A stretch of 64,000 nt of DNA, from the NCBI RefSeq assembly GCF_006345805.1, contig NW_021832126.1, forward strand, positions 426,910 to 490,909, written 5' to 3'. A model generated the notes under the pieces. The model was not told where the DNA came from and did not search any database. It saw nothing but the letters and a program-made list of their open reading frames with translations. Within the stretch, counting starts at the first letter, position 1, and every line of letters starts with the position of its first letter. The translations under genes and the position numbers were made by a program. This DNA comes from Octopus sinensis. Lineage: Eukaryota. Shown here piece by piece: positions 1 through 11,127 of the stretch.

Positions 1-729
1 TTAAAAAATACTTTATTGACCAAAGGACAGGGGTAAGCCAGTTAATTATAATCCCCACGTGATCCTCGATTCAAACGAGGGAGATCTTTTTAAAAGGTTC
101 TATCCTGCCCAAATGATCGGACTGAGACGACGATGTCCCAGGGTCAGAGTTCTAGAAGTACTTTTTCGAGAGGCATTAAGTGCCTCCTGAGCGTTTCCAT
201 ATCCGATTGGAAGTTCCAACTGACATGGTGGACCTCATAACGCCACGCTAAGACCGGAAGGAAGGTTGAGAGATCCCCATTCTCAACTGTTCGTGCCAGA
301 AGTACTCGCTGCCTCACGGGCAGGGGAACGATAACGAGAATTGACCCCAGCTGGAAACTAGACCTCCTTCGGATACGAACCCACGACTGTCCAGATCCAT
401 TATCCATAGCTTAAGCTTCAGCCAAAAATGGAGGTCTGAAATTTTCTTCATTTTTATAAAAATTTTAATAGTTTTAGCATATTTTCACTAATTTATAAAT
501 AAGTAAAGTATTTTTAAGAAGATTTAGACATGTTTTCCACTAATTTTATTGATAATTAGAGTATTTTTCTATTACACGAAAATAATCTGTTATTCTGTTT
601 CCTGTTGCAGATTTCTTCATATGTATGCCAAATATTTTTCTGAAATTGTAATAGTCTTTCAACGTATCGGGAAACAAACGGTGAATATTCTCTTCGAGGT
701 TATTCATTGCTGTTATCGTGTCCAAATGT

Positions 730-1243
730 GAACAGTTTCATTCAGTTTAGTCATATATTGACTCATCATCATTTTCTTCTTCAACTATAACACTCGTTAT
801 AGCTGCTTTGCATCCCAACTGTAACACAAAGAGTCAAGGCTCTATCCGCTTTCTTTAAAACGGTTTCACGCACTTTTAACCCTTTTCTCAAAGTTATTTT
901 CAACTTTCCCTCGGTACTTGTTCGAACTCGTGCATTTATTTAGTCTTAAGTGAAGCTTTCAACCCACTTTAGCTTGCACTCACAAGCAAGCCGACTGTAA
1001 CGATGCTTGCAGGAATACGTACACAGTTACTACAGGGCTTTCACCTTTTCTGGGAAGTCGAGTTCGATAGAACTATATATATTCCTAATAACATCGCAAA
1101 TGCCACAGTTTGTAGTTTAACTACGATTTAGCAATGGACTATTCTCAATTCATTCGCCATTACTACGGGAATCCGGGTTGGTTTCTTTTCCTCGCTTAAT
1201 GATATGCTTAAGTTCGGCGGTTAGTCATGTCTGGCTGAGGGTG
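730..1243 (-). rRNA. 28S rRNA 5' fragment (D1-D2), truncated
   Basis: Reverse complement contains ccgccgaacttaagcatatcattaagcg-aggaaaagaaaccaac, gtagtaatggcgaatgaa and gagggaaagttgaaaa; several small indels; similarity fades left of about 780. Confidence 0.9.
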
Positions 1244-1384
1244 GTTCAAAACATAACCAAATTGGCAGTGATTCAATAAATAACATTAAAATTAGTGTAA
1301 TGGATGCAAACAGTCAATAAACACATTAGTCATTTCCAAATACACAGCTCGGCACGCAACAATTGTTATGCCACTACAGGTACA

Positions 1385-1533
1385 CGCTCAACCAGACACA
1401 GTCCACGTTACATGAACTGCAAGTTGCATTCAGGATTTTAATGTTCTAAGGTATCGCAAATCACATTACTTATCGCAATTTGCTACGCCCTTCATCGATG
1501 CACGAGTCAAGTGATCCACCGTTTAGGGTAATT
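1385..1533 (-). rRNA. 5.8S rRNA (divergent), flanked by ITS2 (~1244-1384) and ITS1 (~1534-1834)
   Basis: rc ccctaaacggtggatcacttgactcgtgcatcgatgaag...gcgataagtaatgtga...; lies between the 18S 3' end and the 28S 5' end. Confidence 0.92.
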
Positions 1534-1834
1534 TAAAAGTAGCAACCAACAACAAGACATGGAAAATTATGCTTGGATGAAACAGCTAACAATAATGCTG
1601 AAACAGGCAACAGCACACTGTTTACTTTATAACTAGTTCAGGCTGCGAATAACATCAACAACCATCCCACTCGGTATCCAAGCACACAAATCAAAAGGAC
1701 TACCACCTGTTTGAGTCTATACGGTAGTCACGCTTATGCCTGGCTTTGCCTAACTTGAACGTCTCAGCAAAACCAGACACAAATTAGTTAACTGCACACA
1801 AGCAGCAACCAGTTAAACGACTACATCGTCTCAG

Positions 1835-2096
1835 TAGTGATCCTTCTGCAGGTTCACCTACAGAAACCTTGTTACGACTTTTACTTCCTTTAAATGAGTA
1901 GGCTCGGGTGTCTACTTGCATGCTATAGCACACGATCCAACAACCTTACCAAATCATTCATCGGTAGTAGCGACGGGCGGTGTGTTCAAAGGGCAGGGAC
2001 GTAATCATTGCAGGCTAATGACCTGCGATTACTAGGAATTCCTTGTGCACAAGGTAGCGGAATTACAAGCCTCGATTCCTGCCACGAAGAAATTTT
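1835..2096 (-). rRNA. 18S rRNA 3' fragment (about 260 nt only)
   Basis: tgatccttctgcaggttcacctac, accttgttacgacttttactt and gacgggcggtgtgt-caaagggcagggac are present; homology stops near 2096. Confidence 0.93.
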
Positions 2097-2956
2097 AAGG
2101 CTTAGTTTGTAATATATCAAACCGCAAGTATTTTACTCAATTTAATCAAATACGTCAAAAAAACTTACCTTAGTGGCAGGCAACATAATAAATCACTTTA
2201 AAAATAATAGCGTTCATATTCAAATCTAAAAATGCGTCTTTATTTTCACCAAAAAAACGCGAGATCTCCACTTATGTGCAACCAATCGACCTGATTCTGC
2301 CTCCCATAATAATCTACTATATTAATTGTTGGACCTCCTCTAAACCTTTTTATTATCTCAAACTAAGGAACTCTACAACGTGTACTTAAGATGTGAGACG
2401 TAAGGAATAATCTATTTTTCATACATTTGCGAAGAGTTTAAAATTTTAGAATATAAATAAAGTCAAACCCCGTTTACTTGCCAAATTTTTGACCAAGGCA
2501 AAAGATGGCAATTAACTGAATTTAACGTGTAACTGAATAATCAATAAAAATTTTATATGCACAAAATTTAAAAATAATTAAACTAAATAAGTAAGGGGGC
2601 TAAACCAATAAAGATGAAGAACATGGTTTTATGGTTTATAACATAATGATGGAACTGAAAAATTTATAAAATCTGATTAAAAAGTTGTTTTAATCCAATA
2701 GTACAAAACTGAATTATTTTATTTTTGAACTATAGTGATCTAAAAACAGATGTTTAGCGTACATTCCAGTCTTTTTGACGAATTAAATTTTAAAAATCAA
2801 CCTAACTCCATTTTGCGAGAATAAATTTTTCTTTGATCTTATTTCTTAAAACCATACTACAATTTCATACTCTACCGTCTTTGATGTTGTAGTTAGAATT
2901 CTACGTCGCGATTAAAGTGATATTTATGAATATACCAACGTATTAAATTGATAAAA

Positions 2957-3731
2957 ATGTTTCGAATGGTAGCTTTGAATTTTCTAATTTCGTCTTAGAA
3001 TCATATAAGTATGACAACTGTGGTGACCATACCCTATCTTGGAGGGGTTGTTCTTGCTGCAAATAGCAGAGCAACCCAAGATGCGAATACTCCCAACGAA
3101 AACTGTAATAAATTGTTGAACTAACAAATTAGATAATGACAAGACAAAGAAAATATTTCAAATTACGATCAACTCGATTGTAGGGTTCTCGGGGAACATG
3201 TATGTTTGTGAAATATTGTTGGATGCATGTCGTTCTAAATATTTGTATTTTTCTGATTAATTTGTTATTTAGATTCGCCCATCATGTCGAACCATGGAAT
3301 TTAGCAATGTTCATTAAAGGAATTTTGGCAAAATACACACTTCCAATTCTATTGTCGGTATATTTTATTTTTTTATATTTTTAGGGCGTGGTTCTTGTAT
3401 GTATTTATAACGGTAGAATCTACACACTTAGGATTGATTCCTTTACAGTTGTAGACAAAACAAATTTCCCGACAACAATGGGATCTGGACAAATCTTCGC
3501 ATTTGAGTGGATATTCGGACAGTATTTTTGTATAATTATTGGCAGTTACCCCAGAGGATTTATAACGCAAAGTGAGGCGATTAAAGTAGCCCACGATGCA
3601 ATAAATTATGCTGCGCAAAAAGACCGATTCACATGAGGATTTTCCCAAAGTATATTTTAATAAATAATATCTTAGTTTACACAATATCTTCATCTGGGAT
3701 TAGTTTAGTGGGGGTAACCCGACTAAACTAA
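2957..3731 (+). pseudogene. Proteasome beta-subunit-like (Ntn hydrolase) pseudogene, copy 1
   Basis: TTVVTIPYLGGVVLAANSRAT (from 3014) with K at position 33, then GFSG, TMGSGQIFA and EAIKVAHDAINYAAQKDRFT*G. Contains in-frame TAG and TGA and a 1-bp frameshift; micro-introns inferred. Confidence 0.7.
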
Positions 3732-3737
3732 TTGAAA

Positions 3738-3900
3738 ACAAAAGATTTTTCAAACAATTCTGCGGGATTTTCGGGAGATGTGAAGCTAATACACGAATTA
3801 ATGTATCATCGATATAAAATACACCCAGTGTTATTTACATCTGAAGTACATTAAAAAATATGAGAGACAAATCAATCAAGGTTGTGTGCTTCTTCGACAA
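3738..3900 (+). pseudogene. Proteasome beta-like fragment, copy 2
   Basis: IFSNNSAGFSGDVK; nucleotide similarity to 4990-5160 (ggattttcggga, catcgatataaaata). Confidence 0.5.
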
Positions 3901-4799
3901 CAAGCATTTTTGGTGATTTTCGTGGATTACGATATAGCCAGAAAGTAGAGACGCCAAAAAAAGACAAATCAAAGACTTCATTTTTCTGGATGTCTGCTAT
4001 TGATTGATTTTAGTGTTATTTGATCCTTTTTTGATTCTTCATTATTTTTAATAGATTTCCTTTAATAGATAAATCAGAATAAAGATGGAGTAAAAAAAAT
4101 TCAAAAAGATATAAAAAAAACATTATAAAATGTCCAAATAATAAGAGATTGACTTTTAAGGAATAAAATCAAAAAAATGATGAAAATGATAAAATTTCAA
4201 ATTCTGTAATCAGGAAATGAAAGTTCATAAAGATTTATTCCTTACAAATCAAATTAAATAAGAATGTAGAAAAGTACACATAAAATACCAACAAACTAAG
4301 TAAACTACATGTATCAACGTGTTAATATTTATTAGGCTTATCTTTAAAAATAGGTTAACCATTTGTGTAATGATTTTAATTTTAATAAATATAAATTTTA
4401 TTTATATTTTCGAGAAGCTTTTCCTACCAATGTCTGTGAGAAATTGAATCACGGTTTAGCCGACGATTTCTGAAATCTCTAAGAACTTGGAACTCTCTCT
4501 CTGGATTGTCAATTTTGTAAAGAACCATGCCTTTACCGACGACCTAAGTATCAGATAAGTTTGACACCTTTTTAGTGAGGACAGAAGGAATGTGAATATT
4601 GTTCATGTCGATCATGTTACTGTTTACTGAAATGTACGATGAGACACCTGATTTGGCATTGGAAATTGACTTGATGTCCCCTTGGTAAATTCATTTGGGT
4701 CTTTCGTTGTTTCTGCGTTGAATCATTTATTGGATTGAGAAAAGCTAAAAATCAATGTTTTAAAAAGAGGGAAGAAATATTTTTTTCAACTGTGTGGTT

Positions 4800-5512
4800 A
4801 TGGAGGTTTGTTTTCAACTTTTTATTAGTTTAAGTGTGGAACAACAATACTTTAAGTCAAATACCGCGGAGGAGTCTTGCTTGCTGCAGACTCTAAAAGA
4901 ACAACGAAATTTAAACATAGAAGTAGTTAATGTACTAATTTTTTTAATTCTGTAGATAGAGATGGAGTCGATAAAATCGAAGTTTTTTCGAACAATATAA
5001 TAGCAGGATTTTCGGGAAATGTCAGACTTATAGTACACGGATTTGCGAGGAATTAAGGCATCATCGATATAAAATAGCTTTAGAACTATGCGCTCGCCCA
5101 GTACCACTGATATCTGGAATACATTTAAAAAATGTAAAAAATCAATCCCGTTTGTGTATTTAATTTGTTGTTATATTTTAGAAAATCCTTTTTGTGGAGA
5201 CAGTGTAGGAAGCTGTCATCCGTGTTACATATTCCTGCCATAATTCAGTCAAAAATAATGTTTTTTCTATCGTATCTGTCAAAAAATATGTTTACCGGTA
5301 CAAATCATTGTATATATTTTTAATAATCAATATTTTAGATTTTGCAAGAATAAAATCGCTCTTTCAGGAATGCGCTATCTCTGGCACACAATTGTCTGGA
5401 GTTCGCCTCTTGGAAGAGCACAAGTACTGGAGGGAATTCAAATAGCAAGAAAGTATTTTTTAACTATTTAGTCTGGTCTATAACGAAAAAGGGCTGTGTC
5501 TTTAAGGGTTAG
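4800..5512 (+). pseudogene. Proteasome beta-like pseudogene, copy 3
   Basis: ME|23-nt intron|FKCG-TTIL*VKYRGGVLLAADSKRT, DKIEVFSNNIIAGFSGNV, NALSLAHNCLEFASWKSTSTGGN, VWSITKKGCVFKG*; in-frame TAA at mature codon 5. Confidence 0.7.
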
Positions 5513-5929
5513 AATTGAGAGAGTTGACAGAATTGAGAGATTATTCAAAATTGAGTTGAAAATTGATTCTTGAAAACAAAAAACTCTAGAAACCGAAACC
5601 TTTGATGCAAGGGTGTCAAACGAATTTTGTGCCTCTTTTTAAATAAATATTTTTCCTTTCTTTCGTTACAGTTGAAAGTTAGCGGCAAGATGAAACATAT
5701 TTGCGGTGAATGGTGATCAAAAAACACTCATTTCTTTTTCAAGTTCACTGAAAATTTCAAAAAGTGTCTCAAATTGTCAAATCAGCATTGTCTCAATATC
5801 AGCATTCGATGTGGGGGAAATTACACTTTTTAAGCACGAAAAATATTTAATGTTTCGGACTGTCAATCTTGTTTGCCGTAGTGGATTGAATATTTCATTT
5901 GGTGTAATGATGTGTATTATAGGTAACAA

Positions 5930-6015
5930 ATCAAGCAATGCCTTGGGGAAGCTTTTCTAACGAGCCTGCCACAATGAATGCATCTGCCACGGTCTTCACC
6001 TCTGAATACAGATTT
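5930..6015 (-). pseudogene. Decayed paralog of the gene at 59226-59833
   Basis: VKTVADAFIVAGSLEKLPQ versus LKSVEDAYIVAGSFEMLPQ (59749-59805), with synonymous third-position differences. Confidence 0.55.
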
Positions 6016-6632
6016 TGAAAAAGTCTGGTCTACCTTGTCAATTGTATTCTATATTTAGCATTTTCAAAGAAATTTGATCCACATAGGAAAGGAACTTTCG
6101 AATTTTTGTATTAAAAGGCATCCTTGAATTTTCATCGAATTATCTTAATGGGTAAGTTCCCACTACACTAATTATGTGTGCTAAAATTTAACAGCTAATG
6201 AGAGTCATTAAAGACTCAGATTAATCTGTTCATGTATACATTCCGTTTGATGTTTGGTCAACTCTTCACATTAAACTAGAAAAATGATGACAATTAAATA
6301 GTAAATAAATATCCTGCTTTTAAGATGAACAACAAGCCGTTTAATTCAAAAATCATATTACAGAAGCTTAAACCACTACGTGCAATGACTACATCAATGT
6401 GAAGGTTTTATATATATTATCGGAATAAATGGTTTCGGGCAAATGTAAGTTTATCACCTTCCCAGGAATATTTGACAAATTCTGATGATTCAAGAATCTA
6501 GCAGCATGCACAATTGAATACTCCACTCATCTGTCCAGTAATATTCATGTTGATTATCACTAGTTAATTGTACTCTTTCTGTCCATATATGCCTCTCAAT
6601 GATACATTTGAATAGGTTAGGTTAAGCCATAT

Positions 6633-7290
6633 TCAGCCGATTCCGCCATTGGCGATTCTGTAAGACAAGTCCCTCCACGAAACTCTATCCCCCAACAGCT
6701 CTGCTATTTCCGACAAATGATGTCCGGTAAGTTTCACTACTTCAGATGTCCAGTTTAGTTCGGTCTTCCCTGCTTCCTTTTTCCAGCCAGCGAACGAAGA
6801 CAGCAGGATTTCTTTTCCTATACCATTCTCCCAAAGCACATGCCCCAAATATGATAATTGTTGCTTCCAAACTTTCGCCACAAGCGACAGTGTAGGTTTA
6901 CTCCTTTCGAGAACAACGACATTTGACACTTTGTCGTACCAATTTATGTTCAAGAGTTTGCGCCAGCACCATAATTCCAGTGAGTCCACTCTTTTGCTGT
7001 GAGCTTTGGACAGTGTCCAAGATTCACAGCCATAGAGAAAAACGGGAAACACAATCGCGTTGACTAGTCTTATCTTTGTCTTGAGAGAAACATCCTTGCT
7101 ACTCCAGATCCGATTCAGTTTTATCATCGTACTCTTGCGCATAGCCATCCGTCTATTAATTTCTGAGACACAACCACCATCTCTGGTCATCAGACTTCCA
7201 AGAAAGATATAACTTTCAACACATTCTATTTCTTCGTCGTCGACAATGATAGTAATTTTTCCAGACAGTGAAGTTGTCATTATTTTGGTT
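6633..7290 (-). mobile_element. RTE-clade LINE, 3' fragment of RT ORF
   Basis: ESYIFLGS...EINRRMAM...TKIRLVNAIVFPVFLYGCESWTL...ELWCWRKLL; short (taacc)n tail. Confidence 0.85.
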
Positions 7291-7804
7291 TTTTCTTATT
7301 TCCCGGCAAAACACCCCAGAGATCCCCACGTGTGTACATCCAATTGACCTGATTTTTTCAGACATAAGTTTAAATATGATAGTAAATTGTATTAGCCTGT
7401 TCAACCTCTTTTTGGACCTTCGTCCATGCCAAACCAAAGCCTTTTTGACAAACACGTGTCTCAATGAAGGAAATTCGTTCGAATATGTATTTAAAATTAA
7501 CTATTTAATTTAAAAACATATTTAATGGTGCTAGGTTTGAACAATTAGATTGTTGACATTCTTATTAAAAATCAAATCTAAATTCTATATAAAAGTAATC
7601 CGAGCGAGTTAAGATCATAGAGTTTTTATAACACTAAAGGAAATTTGGTAAATAAAATTTTAACAAATAAAAAAAATTAAAGATTTATTTAAAAAAACGA
7701 ATAATTGTTATGTCAGCAGATAACAAAATTTAAAAAAAACATTAAAATACTGCTTTTTTGTCCTTCGGTTTGATGTTGGAGATGAATTTTGGCAAAATCG
7801 ACTC

Positions 7805-7935
7805 TAACCTCTAAGATCCGGCCACGCTTTCGCGCCTTGCGCAAATAAGGCGAGCTTTTACCCTTTCGCGCTATGGTAGATTTCTGTTCCACTTGAGCTC
7901 ACCTTTGGACATCTGCGTTATTGTTTAGAAGATGT
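7805..7935 (-). rRNA. Internal 28S rRNA fragment (pseudogene)
   Basis: gcgagcttttaccct...gatttctgttccacttgagctcacctttggacatctgcgttattgttt matches the conserved LSU segment gcgagcttttgccct...tgagctcgccttaggacacctgcgttac. Confidence 0.75.
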
Positions 7936-8559
7936 TTTTTTAGCAAATATGTATATAAATTAAAAATCATGTGCCCCACTTAGAGGTTCCGGTAATTTCT
8001 AAATTTATAAATTACCAGACAAAAATTATATCTTTTACAAACTACCCCAAAAATAGAGGTTTCTCCAAATATAGAAGTTTCCCAAGCGACGGTCAGGTCT
8101 TTTTTAAACTATTTTGATTTGCAGGAAGGCCCATAGGTTTCGTTTTCCTTAACTGCTTGGAAACGTACATGCACACACCACAACAACTAAAGCAAACTTA
8201 TATATTTATTGAATGAACTAACAAAAAATAAACACAGGCGCTATAACTCTGAATGATAAAATAATCCAATTTATTTTATAACAATCAAACTAAGATTTTA
8301 TTTATATTAACTAATTAAACTCCGGAACTTTTCAGATCAATTGTTTTAGAAAAATCAATTGATCTTTTTGGCTTCACGAAAACTAATATATTAAAATATA
8401 TTTAATTACATTCTAAGAAGATACAAGAGAAAATCACAAACAGGATGAGCGATGCCACATATATATAAAATGCTACAATTTCACTTAATTAAATTACTAT
8501 TTTTTTGTTCGCTATCAAATTCTGTTTCCATTTCTTTAATTTGTTCTGGTTCTACCCAT

Positions 8560-9080
8560 TTTAGTTTTGTCATATCATATTCAGTCAGCATTTCTCTTTT
8601 ATCCCTCACATAGCTATTGATGTAGTATATTTCCTGATTTCCATATGGTAGTTCTATAAACACCGTTAAAAGCAAATTTTTTAATTGTGAATTCCGTATT
8701 ATTATGGTAACAGAATCTAACAATGAAAATAAATATTAAACTGTTTTCTGCTTTTTCACATATTTTGTATTCATTGATACAGAGTGTAGCAGAAGTAAAA
8801 TTATCTGTCTTTGTTATTAGCGAGAATTGTAGGAAATATTTGTGATAATAAGTTGTGTGGATTTCTGATAAAACTTGATCAAAATCTATTTTCAATAATG
8901 TATAAAATACCAAAAAATATTTTTTTGGCGTCTGTTTCTATCCAATATCTGAACGAATAATCAACATAGTTTAAATTGTATTCAATATCTGGCTTCAAGT
9001 CGCCGTGACCATTACGATTTCTCATCTATTAATTATAGATAAAGAATGAACTATTTCTATTCTATCTCGTGTATTCAATT
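8560..9080 (-). pseudogene. Possible decayed protein kinase remnant
   Basis: Scattered across frames: HGDLKP, LKIDFD, KTDNF, IELPYG; many stops. Confidence 0.3.
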
Positions 9081-9697
9081 CAGAGTTTTCTCTCAGGAAA
9101 ATAACAGAATCTGATTTATGAAACGGTCTTCTAAATTCCGCCTTGGGTAATTCTATTTTAGATTCCTACAATCTCAAACATAAAACCATACGTCAAATAC
9201 TTGATCTCTTTTTGTGATTCCAGGATCATTGAGATCTTTTAATTTATATACTTGGAATAAATCTAAAAATCATGTTTATAAATTTTTGCCTTCTTTAGAT
9301 AAGCAAAATGGTCTGGGTCTGGAATTAAAATCCATTCTGGGTGAAAAAGGCAGTAATTCTACGAATAATAATTTTTAAGAGCAATACTTAAGTGACTAAA
9401 TTCGTGAGCCCAGCAATACACAAATAAAAAGAGTAGTGCAAACATTCTAAAACTTGCCAAATAGATAATATTTATATATAAAGCACGCGTTCCTTCCATG
9501 AAACTCCCATAAATGCCAAATTAAGATAATAAATAATTTAGTAACTTTTTTTGACAAAAACAGCGCTGTACCGTCAAGTTTAAAATATTGTTTAAAAATT
9601 CTTAATTATGGCCCAATATGTTATTTTATTTTTTTATTAAAAAGATGATAAACTTTTAATGATCAAAAAATATTTTAAGTTAGAACAGTCAGTCTAC

Positions 9698-9790
9698 CCC
9701 TCAGCGCTGAACTGCCTCCACTTCAACTGGGAGTCGGGATCGCAAACGGCTGTGAAGCTGCCTTACACGTGGTCCGAACTCTCTTTCTCT
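9698..9790 (+). mobile_element. Short CRE RT fragment
   Basis: About 85-90% identical by eye to 13675-13762 (ccacttcaactgggagtcgggatc-caaacggctgtgaagctgcc). Confidence 0.8.
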
Positions 9791-10084
9791 CAAATGTAAA
9801 GTGAAGCTTATCTCAAGTACAGTTATTTTACATGATACCAATCTCCTTCAGTCATAGTTTGCAGTTGAAGCCACAAAAAATTTTCTTTCCTAAAGTATAA
9901 AAGTCGATAAAGTTAAATATAATCAAACATCAATTGGAGCATAATTAAATAACCTTAAAAATCCAGTATCAAGGTCCACCAAAATTACGTTTAATTTTAA
10001 TTCTGACATGTCCAGTATGATAACATAATAGCGTCAAGTTTAAAATATTGTTTAGAAATTCTTAATTATGACCCAATTATTATT

Positions 10085-10700
10085 AACACATCAATCATTA
10101 TAATCCCACACTTGTCACAAGCGAAACAATCTTCTGGATCATCCTCGTCCATGCCCCTCTGTTGCGGACAAGATCCAGCAAAGATTCTAGGTCGTCCCAG
10201 TTTTTGAAACTTTTGCCATGAAGTCTGAGATCCCTCTCTAGAACTGCCGAAAGAGTGGATCTAGGTCTTCCACGAAATTTGTCTCCGTGTTCGGAGGAAT
10301 AATCGTCCATTGCCCGATTGGCCGGAGCTCTTGGGTCCATTCGCAAAATATGGCCAATAATTTCCACCGGCCTCCAACGATTTCTTGAGACAACGGCGTA
10401 GCATGGTAATGTCTATACAGTGATAGATTGTTAATTTTTGATGGCCAGTGTATTCCGTGTAAGAAACGTAATTGTTTAGGGTGAAACAAGTCTATAGTCT
10501 TCAGTTCAGTGTCCGAGATCCCCCATGTTGACGAGTTGCACAGTAGAACAGGCTTTACGAATGCATTATAAAGCTTTGATCTGAGGGCCCGATTTATCGG
10601 CCAAGCTTGGAGTCATTTTTTACGTATTCTCCTCAGAGCCGCGGTAGCAAGCACCTTTCTGTAAAATATTTAGGGATAGCCTTCGGCAGGATGAGTGAGA
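10085..10700 (-). mobile_element. RTE-like LINE 3' fragment (family 2)
   Basis: KMLATAALRRIRKK...LYNAFVKPVLLCNSSTWG...GHILRMDPRAPANRAM...RGRPRSTL; (taa)n tail; same family as 58820-59050. Confidence 0.8.
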
Positions 10701-11127
10701 GGACATGAAAGCCGGGAGGGTAAAGTCTACAGCAGATCTTGGGCCAGCTCCGCCAGAATTACGTGGAAATTTGCACTGCGTACACCTATTATGTCACATG
10801 CACAACGCGCCCTACGCCCTGAGCGCACATTATTGATTCGCTAATAATTCAAAAGGCCAATTAAAATAAATGCAAACGTTCCGAACTAATGATTGAACTT
10901 TAAATTTTTGAAAAAATGATGTTTTATATTTGAACCATGTTTGCTTTAAAATAGTAAAATTATTTACAACATTAGCAAATTATAATGTGAATTATTTTTA
11001 TTTTTGATATTATAAATTGCAACATTAGCAAATTATAGTTTACATCAAATTTTTTGGCAAATTTGTAACAACTTTAACTCTAACCTTAACTTTAACTCTA
11101 ACTATAAATGATTTCAACGTTATTTAT

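Noticed and set aside
144-407. 87-aa minus-strand ORF in a GC-richer patch
   Set aside because: No recognisable motif; it may be a transposon or gene remnant but cannot be assigned.
2161-2185. U1 snRNA (acttacct...ggcagg)
   Set aside because: Only the first 8 nt match; no U1 stems or Sm site follow. More likely a reverse-strand GTAAGT donor or chance.
3011-5512. Stop-codon reassignment or selenocysteine explaining in-frame stops in the proteasome-like genes
   Set aside because: TAA, TAG and TGA all occur internally here, and all three terminate intact genes (CHMP5, CAMK2, PNO1); pseudogenisation is simpler.
10790-10845. Dispersed repeat of about 55 bp also present inverted at ~21140-21195
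   Set aside because: The similarity is real, but no TIR pair or TSD could be defined, so it is not called as an element.
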